This document shows positions 28,769 to 38,222 of a stretch of 64,000 nucleotides of DNA, in pieces. The stretch is from Candidatus Caldarchaeum sp. (GTDB lineage: Archaea; Thermoproteota; Nitrososphaeria_A; Caldarchaeales; Caldarchaeaceae), in NCBI GenBank assembly GCA_038896555.1, contig JAWACZ010000001.1:8591-72590 (forward strand), read 5' to 3'. The notes below the pieces were generated by a model that saw only the letters and a program-made list of their open reading frames with translations, was not told where the DNA came from and searched no databases. Within the stretch, counting starts at the first letter, position 1. Each line of letters opens with the position of its first letter. The position numbers were made by a program, and so were the translations under genes.

Positions 28769-29589
28769 CTTAAGGGAACTATTGCGATAGGTCTCATAGG
28801 TGAGCCGGTGGACCCTTTAAACTTGAGGGGGAGGGCAACAAATAGGTATTCGTACACTTTATCCCGCGAAAGCTCCTCAAGGTAAAGGTTTTCTATGATG
28901 TAGATGCCCTTCTTAGCCAGTAGATGAAGGTGGCCGGGGAGCTTGGAACGTGTCTCGGAATCAATTATATGAGGGTTGTCCCATGCTAGGTTGTCAGCCC
29001 CTACCGCTAAAATCTCTCTGTCGGCCAGCCAGAGACTAACATCCTTCGAGATGCCAGGGGCCTTTAAATACTTGCCCTGTTCGTTCCAAAACTTACCGTA
29101 TCCAGTTCTAACAAGAACCACATCCCCTTTGCCTATCGTTATCCCTTCATTGCTCAACGCTTTCATAAACTGCGACAATGATATCTCGCCATCCTCGGGC
29201 AGGGGGTCAACCTCGTGTCCGGCTACATCGACTAACACTCCTCTAGCTACGAGTGGGGGTATCTCATCAGCCCCTAGCCTAGTAAAGCCCCAAGGGGTCT
29301 CGACTTCCGGCACAATCTTAATCCCGCCGTAAAGCGTCAGGTCGGAGGCCTGGTGGCACCTTGCATCTATATGTGTCCCGCTTTGGTCAGACATTATGAT
29401 AATGCCCGATGAACTTGTCCTAGGCCCTTCAGACTCAGGCTTGTAGTAGTTTTCGTGATGGCGGTAGAGGAAGTAGAGAAGCCCAGGCTGAACTGGCTGA
29501 TATGCAGGCATTCCTGGATACCGCACATGCTCTAAGTCATAGATCTTGCACTTTTTTGTCACTAGCTCAACGAGTTCGCCGACATGCAC
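28765..29589 (-). CDS. Cyclase family protein (kynurenine formamidase / isatin hydrolase-like)
   Basis: 274 aa. The motif QSGTHIDARCH matches the HxGTHxDxPxH signature of the putative cyclase family. Confidence 0.8.
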   Translation of the reverse strand: MHVGELVELVTKKCKIYDLEHVRYPGMPAYQPVQPGLLYFLYRHHENYYKPESEGPRTSSSGIIIMSDQSGTHIDARCHQASDLTLYGGIKIVPEVETPWGFTRLGADEIPPLVARGVLVDVAGHEVDPLPEDGEISLSQFMKALSNEGITIGKGDVVLVRTGYGKFWNEQGKYLKAPGISKDVSLWLADREILAVGADNLAWDNPHIIDSETRSKLPGHLHLLAKKGIYIIENLYLEELSRDKVYEYLFVALPLKFKGSTGSPMRPIAIVPLS

Positions 29590-29605
29590 GAATTTTTCGA
29601 CTTTG

Positions 29606-29621
29606 AGCTATATTTAAATCT
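29606..29621. promoter_or_regulatory. Palindromic TATA-type promoter element (AGCTATATTTAAATCT), copy 1
   Basis: It lies 22 nt upstream of the cyclase ATG on the minus strand. An identical 16-mer occurs at 45256-45271. Confidence 0.5.
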
Positions 29622-29852
29622 TAATGTAAATGGTCGAATAAATCCCACAGTTTATCTAAACATGCCAGCTGAATGCTGTTTCCGGCAGTGTGGCAGTTCA
29701 AGGATGTTGTTCCAGTCGTGTCCAGCATGCTGCAAAAGCCGGATTGTTGCCGATATTCTCTTCAGACCTTCCGCTGAAAACATCACAGCTGGAATCATCT
29801 AGGACGAGGCGAAAACCCTTAAATAAATGATGGCGATTAGACCCCTCCGACC

Positions 29853-30317
29853 GTGAAAATAAAGATGTATGTAAACGGACGCTTGGTAACCGCTGATGTG
29901 GAGCCGAGGAGACTCCTAGTTCATTTCATTAGGGATGACCTTAAGCTCAAGGGAACCCATATAGGTTGCGACACTGGACACTGCGGGGCATGTACAGTAC
30001 TCATTAACGGCAGAGCCGTCAAGTCCTGCATGCTTCTAGCAGTTCAGGCTAACAATTCCGAAATATTGACAATAGACGGGCTTAGTTCCGATGGAAAGCT
30101 GCACCCACTGCAGCAGGCTTTCCGAGAGAGCTTCGCCATCCAGTGCGGCTACTGCACCCCTGGGATGATTATGGCAAGTTACTATCTTCTCTCCCAGAAT
30201 CCTAACCCGTCTGAGGCGGAAATAAGACAGGCATTGTCGGGCAACCTATGCATGTGCACTGGCTACGGCAAGATAATAGAAGCAGTTCAAAGGGCTGCCT
30301 CAATGATGCGGAGATGA
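29853..30317 (+). CDS. [2Fe-2S]-binding small subunit of a molybdopterin hydroxylase (CoxS/XdhC-type iron-sulfur subunit)
   Basis: 154 aa with both cluster motifs (CDTGHCGACTV and CGYCTPG...C.C). Confidence 0.9.
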   Translation: MKIKMYVNGRLVTADVEPRRLLVHFIRDDLKLKGTHIGCDTGHCGACTVLINGRAVKSCMLLAVQANNSEILTIDGLSSDGKLHPLQQAFRESFAIQCGYCTPGMIMASYYLLSQNPNPSEAEIRQALSGNLCMCTGYGKIIEAVQRAASMMRR

Positions 30318-32722
30318 TAAATATGCAGCAGACGGCTCGCTGGGTCGGACAGTCTGTTTTAAGGTTCGAGGACATACGCTTCACCTCAGGGAAGGGAAAC
30401 TACATAGACGACATAGAGCTCCCGTCAATGCTTTACGCCGCTATCCTCACAAGCCCCTACCCCCACGCAAGGATAAAATCGATAAAAGTGGAGAAGGCTT
30501 TGAAGGCACCGGAAGTACAGGCTGTCATCACAGGAAAAGAGGTTAAAGAGAAAACTAGGGTTGTAAAACCCAGAGGGGTCAGGCAGGTCGAACAGTATGT
30601 GATGGCGACCGACAAGGTTACTTTCGTCGGACAACCGGTTGCTGCCATAGCTGCCACCGACAGATATGCTGCTGAGGATGCTCTAGAGTTAATAGAAGTG
30701 GAGTACGAGCCTCTAAAGGCCGTAGTCCACGTTGAGGAAGCACTTGACCCATCTTCCCCGCTCATCTTCGAGGACGCTGGTAGCAACATTTTGATGCAAG
30801 ACCTTTTTGTTTTCGGCAACGTTGAGCGAGACTTTGCAGAGGCAGACCTGATAGTTAGAGAGAAGTTTAATCTTCATCGCTTCAGCTCAACGCCGTTAGA
30901 GACGTTAGGCTGTATAGCCAGTTACAATGAAGGGCTTGGCGAGCTGACCGTTTATGCCAACGATCAGCAGCCCGGCAGGAGCATCTCAATCCTCTCATAT
31001 ATGCTGGGAATACCGCAAAACAAAATTAGGCTGATAATCCCAGACGTTGGTGGAGGGTTCGGCATAAAGCTGATCCTCTGGCCCTTCGAGGTAATAACGA
31101 GCCTCCTCGCATTAAAGGCTGGGAGACCGGTCAAATGGATACAGAAAAGAAGCGAACATCTCACTGCGTGGAGCCACACTCCTGATGCTGTCTTCGAGGT
31201 TGAGATGGCTCTTAAAAAGGACGGGACCATAACCTCGCTTAAGCTTCGGGACATTGAGAATGATGGGTCGTTCATCAACACTGCAGGCATCTACGCTTTA
31301 ATCAAGTTTGCAATGATGACGGGCTGCTACAAGATCAGAAGCATGCAGTTCGAGCCCATTTCAGTCGTCACCAACAAGGGGCCGGTTGTACAAAACAGGG
31401 GGGTTGGTAAGCCGGGCATGAACTTCATCTTGGAGAGGATGGTTGATATAGCAGCTAGGAAGCTGGGGTTAGACCCTGCCGAGATAAGGTTCAGGAATTT
31501 CATACAGCCCAACGAGTTCCCGTACACGACACCCTCGGGCGAGGTGTACGACAGCGGCGACTATCCCGCGCTATTGAGGAAAGCGCTGCAGGCTGTAGGA
31601 TATGAGCAGTTAAGGAAGGAACAAGCCGAGATGAGGAAGAAAGGAAGGTATATAGGCATAGGGATAAGTGCCGGCGTAGAGCCTGGCACCTCCAATCTAG
31701 GCTACTACTATCTTCCCAAATTAAAGGAGGGTGGAGAGCCGGAGTACTACGGAGCCGACGAAGGTGCAACAGTCTCGGTAGAAATAGACGGAAAAGTACG
31801 TGTTGTTCTCGGCTCTATGGATATAGGAACAGGTCATGAAACAGCCGCACGCCAAGTAGTAGCCGATGTCTTCGGCGTCAACCCCGACCAGATACACGTA
31901 ATGCCTGGTTTCGATTCGATAGTCTCGCCGTTCGTGGGATACTCGGGGACGTATTCAAACAAATTCCACGATGTGGACGTGGGAGCGTTGATAGGGGCCG
32001 CGCGCGCCGTAAGAGAGAAGATGCTGAAGATAGCCGCACATCTGTTAGAGGCTTCGGAAAAAGATTTGGAGATAAACGATGGGAAGATACACGTTAGGGG
32101 ATTGCCAGAAAAAGCTTTGACCTTTGCGCAGATAGCGGCCGTCGCTTATAATAGGGTTGTTAGGCTGCCGCCCGGCATGGAACCCAGCCTTAGGGCTACC
32201 TACGTTTACAGAAGCCCACATTGCAAGCCGCCTCGAAGGTCTGACTTCAACGTACAGGTTCCGAAAGCTAGCTCGGTTCACATAGCGGTTGTCGAGGTGG
32301 ATGTTGAAACAGGCGTGGTAAAGATCCTAAGATACGTGATAGTCCATGACTGCGGTAATATGATAAACCCCAAGATCGTGGAGGGAATGGTCGAAGGTGC
32401 AACGGTCCATGGCATAGGCGCCACGCTGATGGAAGAATTTGTGTACACCAAGGACGGGCAGAACATCTCCACAACTTTCTCCGAATATCTCAAGCCGTCG
32501 ACGCTCGAGGCTCCTAAAATAGAGATTCATCACCAAGTTACACCATCACCGTTCACGCCGCTTGGGACGAAGCCCGTTGGTGAGGGGGGTGCAATACCTT
32601 CGATGGCCGCTATCGCCAACGCCGTTGAGGACGCCCTCAGCCCGCTAAACGTAAGGGCAAACAAGCTTCCACTGACACCTTTCAACGTCTTCGAATTATT
32701 GAGGGAGGCGAGGGGGAAATAG
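30314..32722 (+). CDS. Molybdopterin-binding large subunit, xanthine dehydrogenase/CoxL family (substrate unknown)
   Basis: About 802 aa starting from ATG 30314, which overlaps the small-subunit stop (ATGA). It has a/b hammerhead and MoCo-binding domain patterns (GGGFG, GEGG). It lacks the AYRCSFR and AYRGAGR loops. Confidence 0.9.
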   Translation: MINMQQTARWVGQSVLRFEDIRFTSGKGNYIDDIELPSMLYAAILTSPYPHARIKSIKVEKALKAPEVQAVITGKEVKEKTRVVKPRGVRQVEQYVMATDKVTFVGQPVAAIAATDRYAAEDALELIEVEYEPLKAVVHVEEALDPSSPLIFEDAGSNILMQDLFVFGNVERDFAEADLIVREKFNLHRFSSTPLETLGCIASYNEGLGELTVYANDQQPGRSISILSYMLGIPQNKIRLIIPDVGGGFGIKLILWPFEVITSLLALKAGRPVKWIQKRSEHLTAWSHTPDAVFEVEMALKKDGTITSLKLRDIENDGSFINTAGIYALIKFAMMTGCYKIRSMQFEPISVVTNKGPVVQNRGVGKPGMNFILERMVDIAARKLGLDPAEIRFRNFIQPNEFPYTTPSGEVYDSGDYPALLRKALQAVGYEQLRKEQAEMRKKGRYIGIGISAGVEPGTSNLGYYYLPKLKEGGEPEYYGADEGATVSVEIDGKVRVVLGSMDIGTGHETAARQVVADVFGVNPDQIHVMPGFDSIVSPFVGYSGTYSNKFHDVDVGALIGAARAVREKMLKIAAHLLEASEKDLEINDGKIHVRGLPEKALTFAQIAAVAYNRVVRLPPGMEPSLRATYVYRSPHCKPPRRSDFNVQVPKASSVHIAVVEVDVETGVVKILRYVIVHDCGNMINPKIVEGMVEGATVHGIGATLMEEFVYTKDGQNISTTFSEYLKPSTLEAPKIEIHHQVTPSPFTPLGTKPVGEGGAIPSMAAIANAVEDALSPLNVRANKLPLTPFNVFELLREARGK

Positions 32723-32767
32723 GGCTTATGTTAACGTTAATATAATAATAGTATACCACTATAATTA

Positions 32768-33742
32768 ATGGCTAGAAAGGTGTTGCACTCCAGAGCAAAC
32801 GCTGTATTCGAGGACGCTTTGGGACTCATAGGCTGGACGCCTATGGTTAAAATCAACAGGCTGACTGGGCAGGGGGATGCAACAATCCTAGCAAAGCTGG
32901 AGAGCTACAACATAGGCGGCTCCTTGAAGGATAGAATATGTAAGTACATGATAGAAGTGGCCGAGAGGGAGGGGCTGCTGAGGAAGGATATGACGATTCT
33001 CGAAGCGACTTCGGGCAACACGGGAATAGGGCTGGCTATAGTAGCGGCTGTGAAGGGATACAGGCTGAAGATAGTCATGCCTGATAATGTGAGTATAGAA
33101 AGGCGTAGGCTTCTCCAAGCCCTCGGAGCCGAGGTCATACTGACGCCGGGCGAGAAGGGAACCGCAGGCGCCATAGAGCTGGCGACATCAATGTTCATGA
33201 AAAACCCTTCCAAATTCTTCGTCCCCGACCAGTTCAACAACCCTATGAACATACTAGCACACTACGAGACCACAGCTAGAGAAATACTCGAGCAGACGCA
33301 AGGGAGGCCGGATATGGTGGTCGTCGGCATAGGGACTAGCGGGACGGCCATGGGAGTCAGCAAGAGACTTAAGGAGCACAACCCCAGCGTCAAGATAGTC
33401 GGCGTCGAACCCATACTGGGGCAGAGGATCCAAGGACTGAGAAACATGAGGGAACCATTCCCACCGAGCCTTTTTGACCCAAAAATGCTCGATGAACGTG
33501 TCTACGTAACGGAGGCAGAGGCGATATATATGGCTAGGGAGATGGCGAGAAAGGAGGCTTTGGTGATGGGGTTAAGCTCAGGCGCTGTTATGTCGGTGGC
33601 TGTGAAGAAGGCGAGGGAGCTAGGGAAAGGGAGGACGATCGTAGCGATCCTGCCAGACGGTGGCGAACGGTATCTCAGCACCGAGCTCTACAACCCAGCC
33701 TACTCGCCTGAGGGGATTATCGTGTGCCCTGACCACGAATGA
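32768..33742 (+). CDS. Cysteine synthase / O-acetylserine sulfhydrylase family PLP enzyme
   Basis: 324 aa. It has the PLP lysine motif GGSLKDR, SGNTGIGLA, and GTSGT. Confidence 0.85.
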   Translation: MARKVLHSRANAVFEDALGLIGWTPMVKINRLTGQGDATILAKLESYNIGGSLKDRICKYMIEVAEREGLLRKDMTILEATSGNTGIGLAIVAAVKGYRLKIVMPDNVSIERRRLLQALGAEVILTPGEKGTAGAIELATSMFMKNPSKFFVPDQFNNPMNILAHYETTAREILEQTQGRPDMVVVGIGTSGTAMGVSKRLKEHNPSVKIVGVEPILGQRIQGLRNMREPFPPSLFDPKMLDERVYVTEAEAIYMAREMARKEALVMGLSSGAVMSVAVKKARELGKGRTIVAILPDGGERYLSTELYNPAYSPEGIIVCPDHE

Positions 33743-33745
33743 CAT

Positions 33746-34363
33746 CTATTTCTGCTCAGCACCTAAATGCAGGATCTTCATCGCGGGCGCTTTTATCTCG
33801 ATAGCTACGTACTGAGAACTTTCTTCGGGTATAACTCGATGGGCAACACCGCGAGGTATGATGAACATGTGTCCCGGCGTTAGAGTTATTTTTCCCAGCT
33901 CAGTCTCCCATGTTACCTTCCCGTTTATACAGATTATGAGCTCGTCGTTGTCCATGTTTCTATGCCAGAACGGCATGGGTTTTCTCCTCTTAGATACCTC
34001 GATGGAGAAGCCGTTTGCATACTGGTTCCCCCGCGTGGGGTCAGGTGGCTCCACGCCACCTTGAATAATCTTCCACGTCCCTGCACCGGCATCTTGATAG
34101 TTAGGCGTTATGAGCGAAGGGTCCATGGCGTTGATCTGGAGCGATGCCGGATAATCGACGTTTAGGAAAGGTACAGGGTTCGGTAGCTTCCTCTTAAGCC
34201 AATAATCAGAGCCGTTGACCGTTACGCGTTCATCAACCTCGATCTGTTCCTTTGCCGATAATTCCTGGCTTTTCGCTGAGTTCGTCACGCAATTGGACAT
34301 TACAATCCACTTTATATTCTTTACTTGGCGGAAACGTACGGTCCTATCCGAGAATTCAGACAA
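33746..34363 (-). CDS. Cupin protein with a homogentisate-dioxygenase-like core motif
   Basis: FWHRNMDNDELIICINGKVTWETELGKITLTPGHMFIIPRGVAHR resembles the FYRN.DGD.L...G....E.G.L.v.pg....iPrG segment of HGD. At 205 aa it is much shorter than HGD. Confidence 0.55.
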   Translation of the reverse strand: MSEFSDRTVRFRQVKNIKWIVMSNCVTNSAKSQELSAKEQIEVDERVTVNGSDYWLKRKLPNPVPFLNVDYPASLQINAMDPSLITPNYQDAGAGTWKIIQGGVEPPDPTRGNQYANGFSIEVSKRRKPMPFWHRNMDNDELIICINGKVTWETELGKITLTPGHMFIIPRGVAHRVIPEESSQYVAIEIKAPAMKILHLGAEQK

Positions 34364-34407
34364 GCGTTTGTTACAAATTTATATGTAGGTGCATAGGCAA
34401 TAGATTC

Positions 34408-34755
34408 ATGACGAGGCTTTCCAAGCCTGCGAAGGAGTTCTTCGACACTGACAGTATTGTTTGGGAACCAGTTGAGCAGATGCCTGGCGCTTTCCAGAAA
34501 ATACTAAGCAGGGACTCTAACACGGGCTCCTACACAAGGCTGGTAAAATTTCTTCCGGGGTTTGAGAATTATGACGTGCTTGTCCACGACTTCTGGGAGG
34601 AGGTTTATATTATTAAGGGCTACATTATAGATAAGACACTCAAAAAGACGTTTAACGAGGGAATGTATGCATGCCGCCCTCCAGGGATGAAGCATGGTCC
34701 TTACAGCTCGCCGGCCGGAGCCCTGTTGATTGAGTTCAGATACTATGAAACATAA
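34408..34755 (+). CDS. Small cupin domain protein (ChrR-like cupin)
   Basis: 115 aa from ATG 34408. It has a beta-rich cupin pattern with H..WEE....G and H. The listed 34252 start overlaps the divergent gene and looks spurious. Confidence 0.55.
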   Translation: MTRLSKPAKEFFDTDSIVWEPVEQMPGAFQKILSRDSNTGSYTRLVKFLPGFENYDVLVHDFWEEVYIIKGYIIDKTLKKTFNEGMYACRPPGMKHGPYSSPAGALLIEFRYYET

Positions 34756-34782
34756 CATCTCAGGGAGTAATGCAGGCTGAAA

Positions 34783-35463
34783 ATGACAACCCTGCTGGTT
34801 GAAAAGGAAGGGTTGTTCGCTAAAGTCATTGACTTTAAGGCTTCGGAGCTGATATGCATGGGATACACGTCTAGAAACAAAAAGGCTCTCTTAGAACATA
34901 TCGAGGAGCTAAAGAAGATTGGTGTCCCAGCACCGGAAAAGATCCCCACATCATATGTTGTGAACCCCAATATTCTAACCACCGGAAGGGAAATCACTGT
35001 GGATGGGCTTCACACCTCCGGCGAGGTTGAATACGTCCTGCTGGTGGGGAATGACGGAGAGACTTACATCACCGTGGGCAGCGACCATACCGACAGAGAC
35101 TTGGAGAGGCAGGACATTCTACGGGCTAAAAACAAATGTCCTAAGATAATGGCTCCGAAGGTATGGCCTCTCAGGGAGGTGGAAGACTCAAAGCAGCTGG
35201 TTTTGACCAGCTGGGTTAGTAACGGCCACGGCCTTCTGCAGAAATATCAGGAAGCATACCTATCTGACATCATGGAACCTGTTGAGCTCTTCAGGGAGGT
35301 GGGCGGCTCCCGCAGGGGGCTGGTTTTGATGTCAGGCACTGTTCCAGTCCTTAAAAAACATATAGTTTACTCAGATGTGTTTATAATGCGGCTGGAGGAT
35401 AGGACAACAGGTAGGAGGATAGAGCACTGGTATCAAATCTCCGTAGGCACCTCGACACCCTAA
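34783..35463 (+). CDS. Hypothetical protein, possibly DUF2848/FAH-fold-like
   Basis: 226 aa. GYTSRNKKALLEHIEEL..IGVPAP...P and SGEVEYVLL recall the DUF2848 pattern. This is from memory only and not verified. Confidence 0.35.
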   Translation: MTTLLVEKEGLFAKVIDFKASELICMGYTSRNKKALLEHIEELKKIGVPAPEKIPTSYVVNPNILTTGREITVDGLHTSGEVEYVLLVGNDGETYITVGSDHTDRDLERQDILRAKNKCPKIMAPKVWPLREVEDSKQLVLTSWVSNGHGLLQKYQEAYLSDIMEPVELFREVGGSRRGLVLMSGTVPVLKKHIVYSDVFIMRLEDRTTGRRIEHWYQISVGTSTP

Positions 35464-35623
35464 CATAATGTCCTGACCCCTCCACTTCACGAGGTTGCAG
35501 TCGAAGCCAGTTACCCGAGCTATCAGATACAAACCCGTAACTATTTAGACCGATGTACATGACTAGATGCCTCAACGGGGTTTAAAGTTAAGAAATAGCG
35601 AGGCAACTAGATTGTGACCGGTT

Positions 35624-36328
35624 TTGGAAAGAGAAGTCCTATTAGAGTTGTTAAGGAATGTGAGGCAGGAGAATAGGCGAACGCTCTTGGAGCATGAGGC
35701 GGCAGACCTTTGCAAGGTCTATGGCATACCTGTAGTTGAGGCAGCTCTGGCGAAAAGCGTTGAGGAAGCAGTGAAGCATGCCGAACGCATAGGGTTTCCG
35801 GTTGTTCTCAAGATTGTCTCCCGCGACATCCTTCACAAGTCTGATGTCGGAGGAGTCATTCTCGATATCGCCAGCAGCGAAGAAGTTAAGCGTGCCTATA
35901 ACGATGTCATAGCTAGAGTTAGAGAAAGGAGGCCTACCGCAAGAATAGACGGCGTCTTAGTCGCCAAGAGGGCAAGGCAGGGTAAAGAGTTCATAATCGG
36001 GATGACCAGAGATAAGACTTTTGGACCTGTTGTCGTCTTCGGCCTGGGCGGTGTCTTCACAGAGTTGTTAAGAGACATCTCTCTGCGTGTTGCTCCGATA
36101 GGCAGGCGGGAGGCCTTTGAGATGATGAGCGAGATAAAGGGGGCTAAGGTGTTGCACGGCTACAGAGGAGAAGGACCTGTCGATAAGGAGGCTCTGGCGG
36201 ACATAATAGCTGCGGTAGGACGCATGGGTTACGAGAACCCCGAAATAGAATCTGTTGACCTAAACCCTGTTGCCGCTTACGAGTCTGGAGCACTGGTAAT
36301 GGATGCAAAAATCATCCTTAGCTCGTGA
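35624..36328 (+). CDS. ADP-forming acyl-CoA synthetase beta subunit (ATP-grasp)
   Basis: 234 aa. EHEAADLCKVYGIPV....V.EA...A..IGFPVVLKIVS.DILHKSDVGGV is typical of ACD beta. Confidence 0.85.
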   Translation: MEREVLLELLRNVRQENRRTLLEHEAADLCKVYGIPVVEAALAKSVEEAVKHAERIGFPVVLKIVSRDILHKSDVGGVILDIASSEEVKRAYNDVIARVRERRPTARIDGVLVAKRARQGKEFIIGMTRDKTFGPVVVFGLGGVFTELLRDISLRVAPIGRREAFEMMSEIKGAKVLHGYRGEGPVDKEALADIIAAVGRMGYENPEIESVDLNPVAAYESGALVMDAKIILSS

Positions 36329-37757
36329 CAGCACTCATATCACCCACGGGGAGCTCCTCGCTTTCTTTGATGTAACGGTACCTTAGCATCGCTGACAGAG
36401 CTTTGACGGCCCTTTCGGCACCGTCGGGGCCTATGTAACATGGAATTCCCATACTCTCAAGCTTTTCGAACCATGGCTTTAAGAACTCTCCCCCCAGCAG
36501 ACATGCCAGTATCGTCTTACCATTATTCTGGTGTTCGGAGAGGACGGCTCCTATCGACTGGTCCAAGTCGTGGTTCGTCGGTCTAAGCGGCAAAAGTATA
36601 GATATTACAGCGTCCGCGTTCTCGTCCGTGAGCGCAGCCTCAAACGCTACTGCATGTGCCCTGGCGGGGCCTGCTCCTAAGGCTGCCCAAACATCAATCG
36701 GGTTTGTTGGGTCTATCTCCGGCGGCATTATCTGTTCTTTGACCCACTTGAGGCTCTTCTCAGAGAGCTGCGCAGGCCTGAGACCATAGTTGAAGCAGGC
36801 GTCGCAGGCTAAGACCCCAAGGGCCCCACTCAGCGTTATCAACCCCACCCTGCTTCCTCTTGGAAGAGGCTGGTACTCGAAGGCCTTGAGATAGTCGAGC
36901 ATCTCCATGATGTTCTCCGCCCTTATGATGCCTGCCTGACGGAAAGCTGCGTCCACCACCTTGTCGTCAACAGCTAGAGATCCCGTGTGGGAAAGGGCTG
37001 CCTTTGTCCCGTATTCTGTTCTCGCAGCTTTCACAGCCACTATAGGCTTCTTCTTGACCACCTTCCTAGCAATTTTCAGGAACCGCCTTCCATCGACTAT
37101 CCCCTCCAAATGGAGGCCGATAACCCTTGTGTTTTCGTCTTGTCCAAGATATTCAAGTATGTCTGACTCGTCTAAATCACATTTGTTGCCCAAAGCGACA
37201 ACTTTACCCACACCCATCACATTGTTAGTCATTATCCAAGCTGCTAGAGCGCCAGCAAAAATCCCGCTTTGACAAACTATGGAGATCCCGCTGCTTCGCC
37301 AGCTGCGGAGGGGGACGCCTGACGCTATTAGGTTATTGTGTCCGTTTATTATGCCTATAGTGTTGGGACCGATGAGCCGGATACCTCCCTTTCTGGCTAT
37401 CTTCACGATCTTTTCCTCGAGCTTCGCACCCTGCTCGCCCGCTTCCTTAAATCCCGCAGCTATCACGATGGCGAATCGAGTCCCATTCTTGACGCATTCC
37501 TCCAATGTTGGGGCAACTTCTGACGTGGGTATTGCGAGCACGGCTAGGTCAACGGACTCCGGTATCTCCCCGACCCTTCTGTACACCTTCAGCCCGAGAA
37601 TCTCGCCGCCTCGCGGGTTGACTGGATAGATCCGTCCCGAGTATTTTTCGACCAAGTTCTTGAGTACTAGGTGTCCTGTCTTCTCAGGGTTGGCCGATGC
37701 ACCGACCACCGCAACCGTGGAGGGTTCGAACAGTTTGGTGAGTTGAGAACTCGACAT
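36318..37757 (-). CDS. ADP-forming acyl-CoA synthetase alpha subunit (CoA-binding + ligase-CoA domains)
   Basis: ATG 37757 gives MSSSQLTKLFEPSTVAVVGAS..P.K.G, the canonical ACD-alpha N-terminus. The listed GTG 37943 start adds 62 atypical residues. Confidence 0.85.
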   Translation of the reverse strand: MSSSQLTKLFEPSTVAVVGASANPEKTGHLVLKNLVEKYSGRIYPVNPRGGEILGLKVYRRVGEIPESVDLAVLAIPTSEVAPTLEECVKNGTRFAIVIAAGFKEAGEQGAKLEEKIVKIARKGGIRLIGPNTIGIINGHNNLIASGVPLRSWRSSGISIVCQSGIFAGALAAWIMTNNVMGVGKVVALGNKCDLDESDILEYLGQDENTRVIGLHLEGIVDGRRFLKIARKVVKKKPIVAVKAARTEYGTKAALSHTGSLAVDDKVVDAAFRQAGIIRAENIMEMLDYLKAFEYQPLPRGSRVGLITLSGALGVLACDACFNYGLRPAQLSEKSLKWVKEQIMPPEIDPTNPIDVWAALGAGPARAHAVAFEAALTDENADAVISILLPLRPTNHDLDQSIGAVLSEHQNNGKTILACLLGGEFLKPWFEKLESMGIPCYIGPDGAERAVKALSAMLRYRYIKESEELPVGDMSAVTS

Positions 37758-38222
37758 GGATATTTTAGTGAACGGACACGTTAAAAAGTTTTTCGGGAAA
37801 ATGGGTAAATTTTTTGCAAAACCGTGTGCTTGTTCAACATCGTTGTCTAAGACAATGGTTCTGCAAAAATTTTCGACGTAATCCATATGGCTGCTACAGG
37901 TGTCCGAAGAGCCTAACACGGCTAAACGTGAATTTGAGAACACATACTAATTCTGTTTGTAGATGCTCTACTTAAGCCACCTAATCTGGCAAGCTATAGT
38001 CACATCAAGCTCATAACTATGCGGCAAACGTCGCTTTTTATACGGCAAGAGTTTGTTGCTGAAGGTTAAGAACTGCAGCGCGGTCGGAGCAATGTGCATG
38101 CATACGGTGCTTTGACTGCCAGCTTGGCTCTGGTTTGGAGTGCAAAATTAGCATAGGACTGGGACATGTTACTCGTGTTTAAACCCTCGACTTAATCCTC
38201 GCCCAACCTTTCGGACCTGCTT

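Noticed and set aside
29584-29802. Cys-rich 72-aa plus-strand ORF (CCFRQCGSS...CPACC) between the cyclase and CoxS genes
   Set aside because: It starts inside and opposite the cyclase start codon and spans the shared promoter element. It has no recognisable fold and is most likely a chance ORF in a regulatory region.
30248-30313. Long 5' extensions in the ORF track (30248 for the Mo large subunit, 27427 for the ligase, 37943 for ACD alpha, 34252 for the cupin, 46836 for UbiD1, 17684 for the FAD oxidoreductase)
   Set aside because: In each case an internal ATG gives the canonical family N-terminus. That ATG also has a TATA-like box at leaderless spacing or couples to the upstream stop codon. 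The extensions overlap neighbouring genes or promoters.
37756-37881. A 41-codon plus-strand ORF (MDILVNGHVKKFF...PCACSTS) considered as a decayed CoxS-like 2Fe-2S subunit for the orphan large subunit
   Set aside because: Only the 'VNG' and a 'C.C' resemble CoxS. The spacing is about half of that expected, the orientation is opposite to the large-subunit gene, and no second cluster motif is present.
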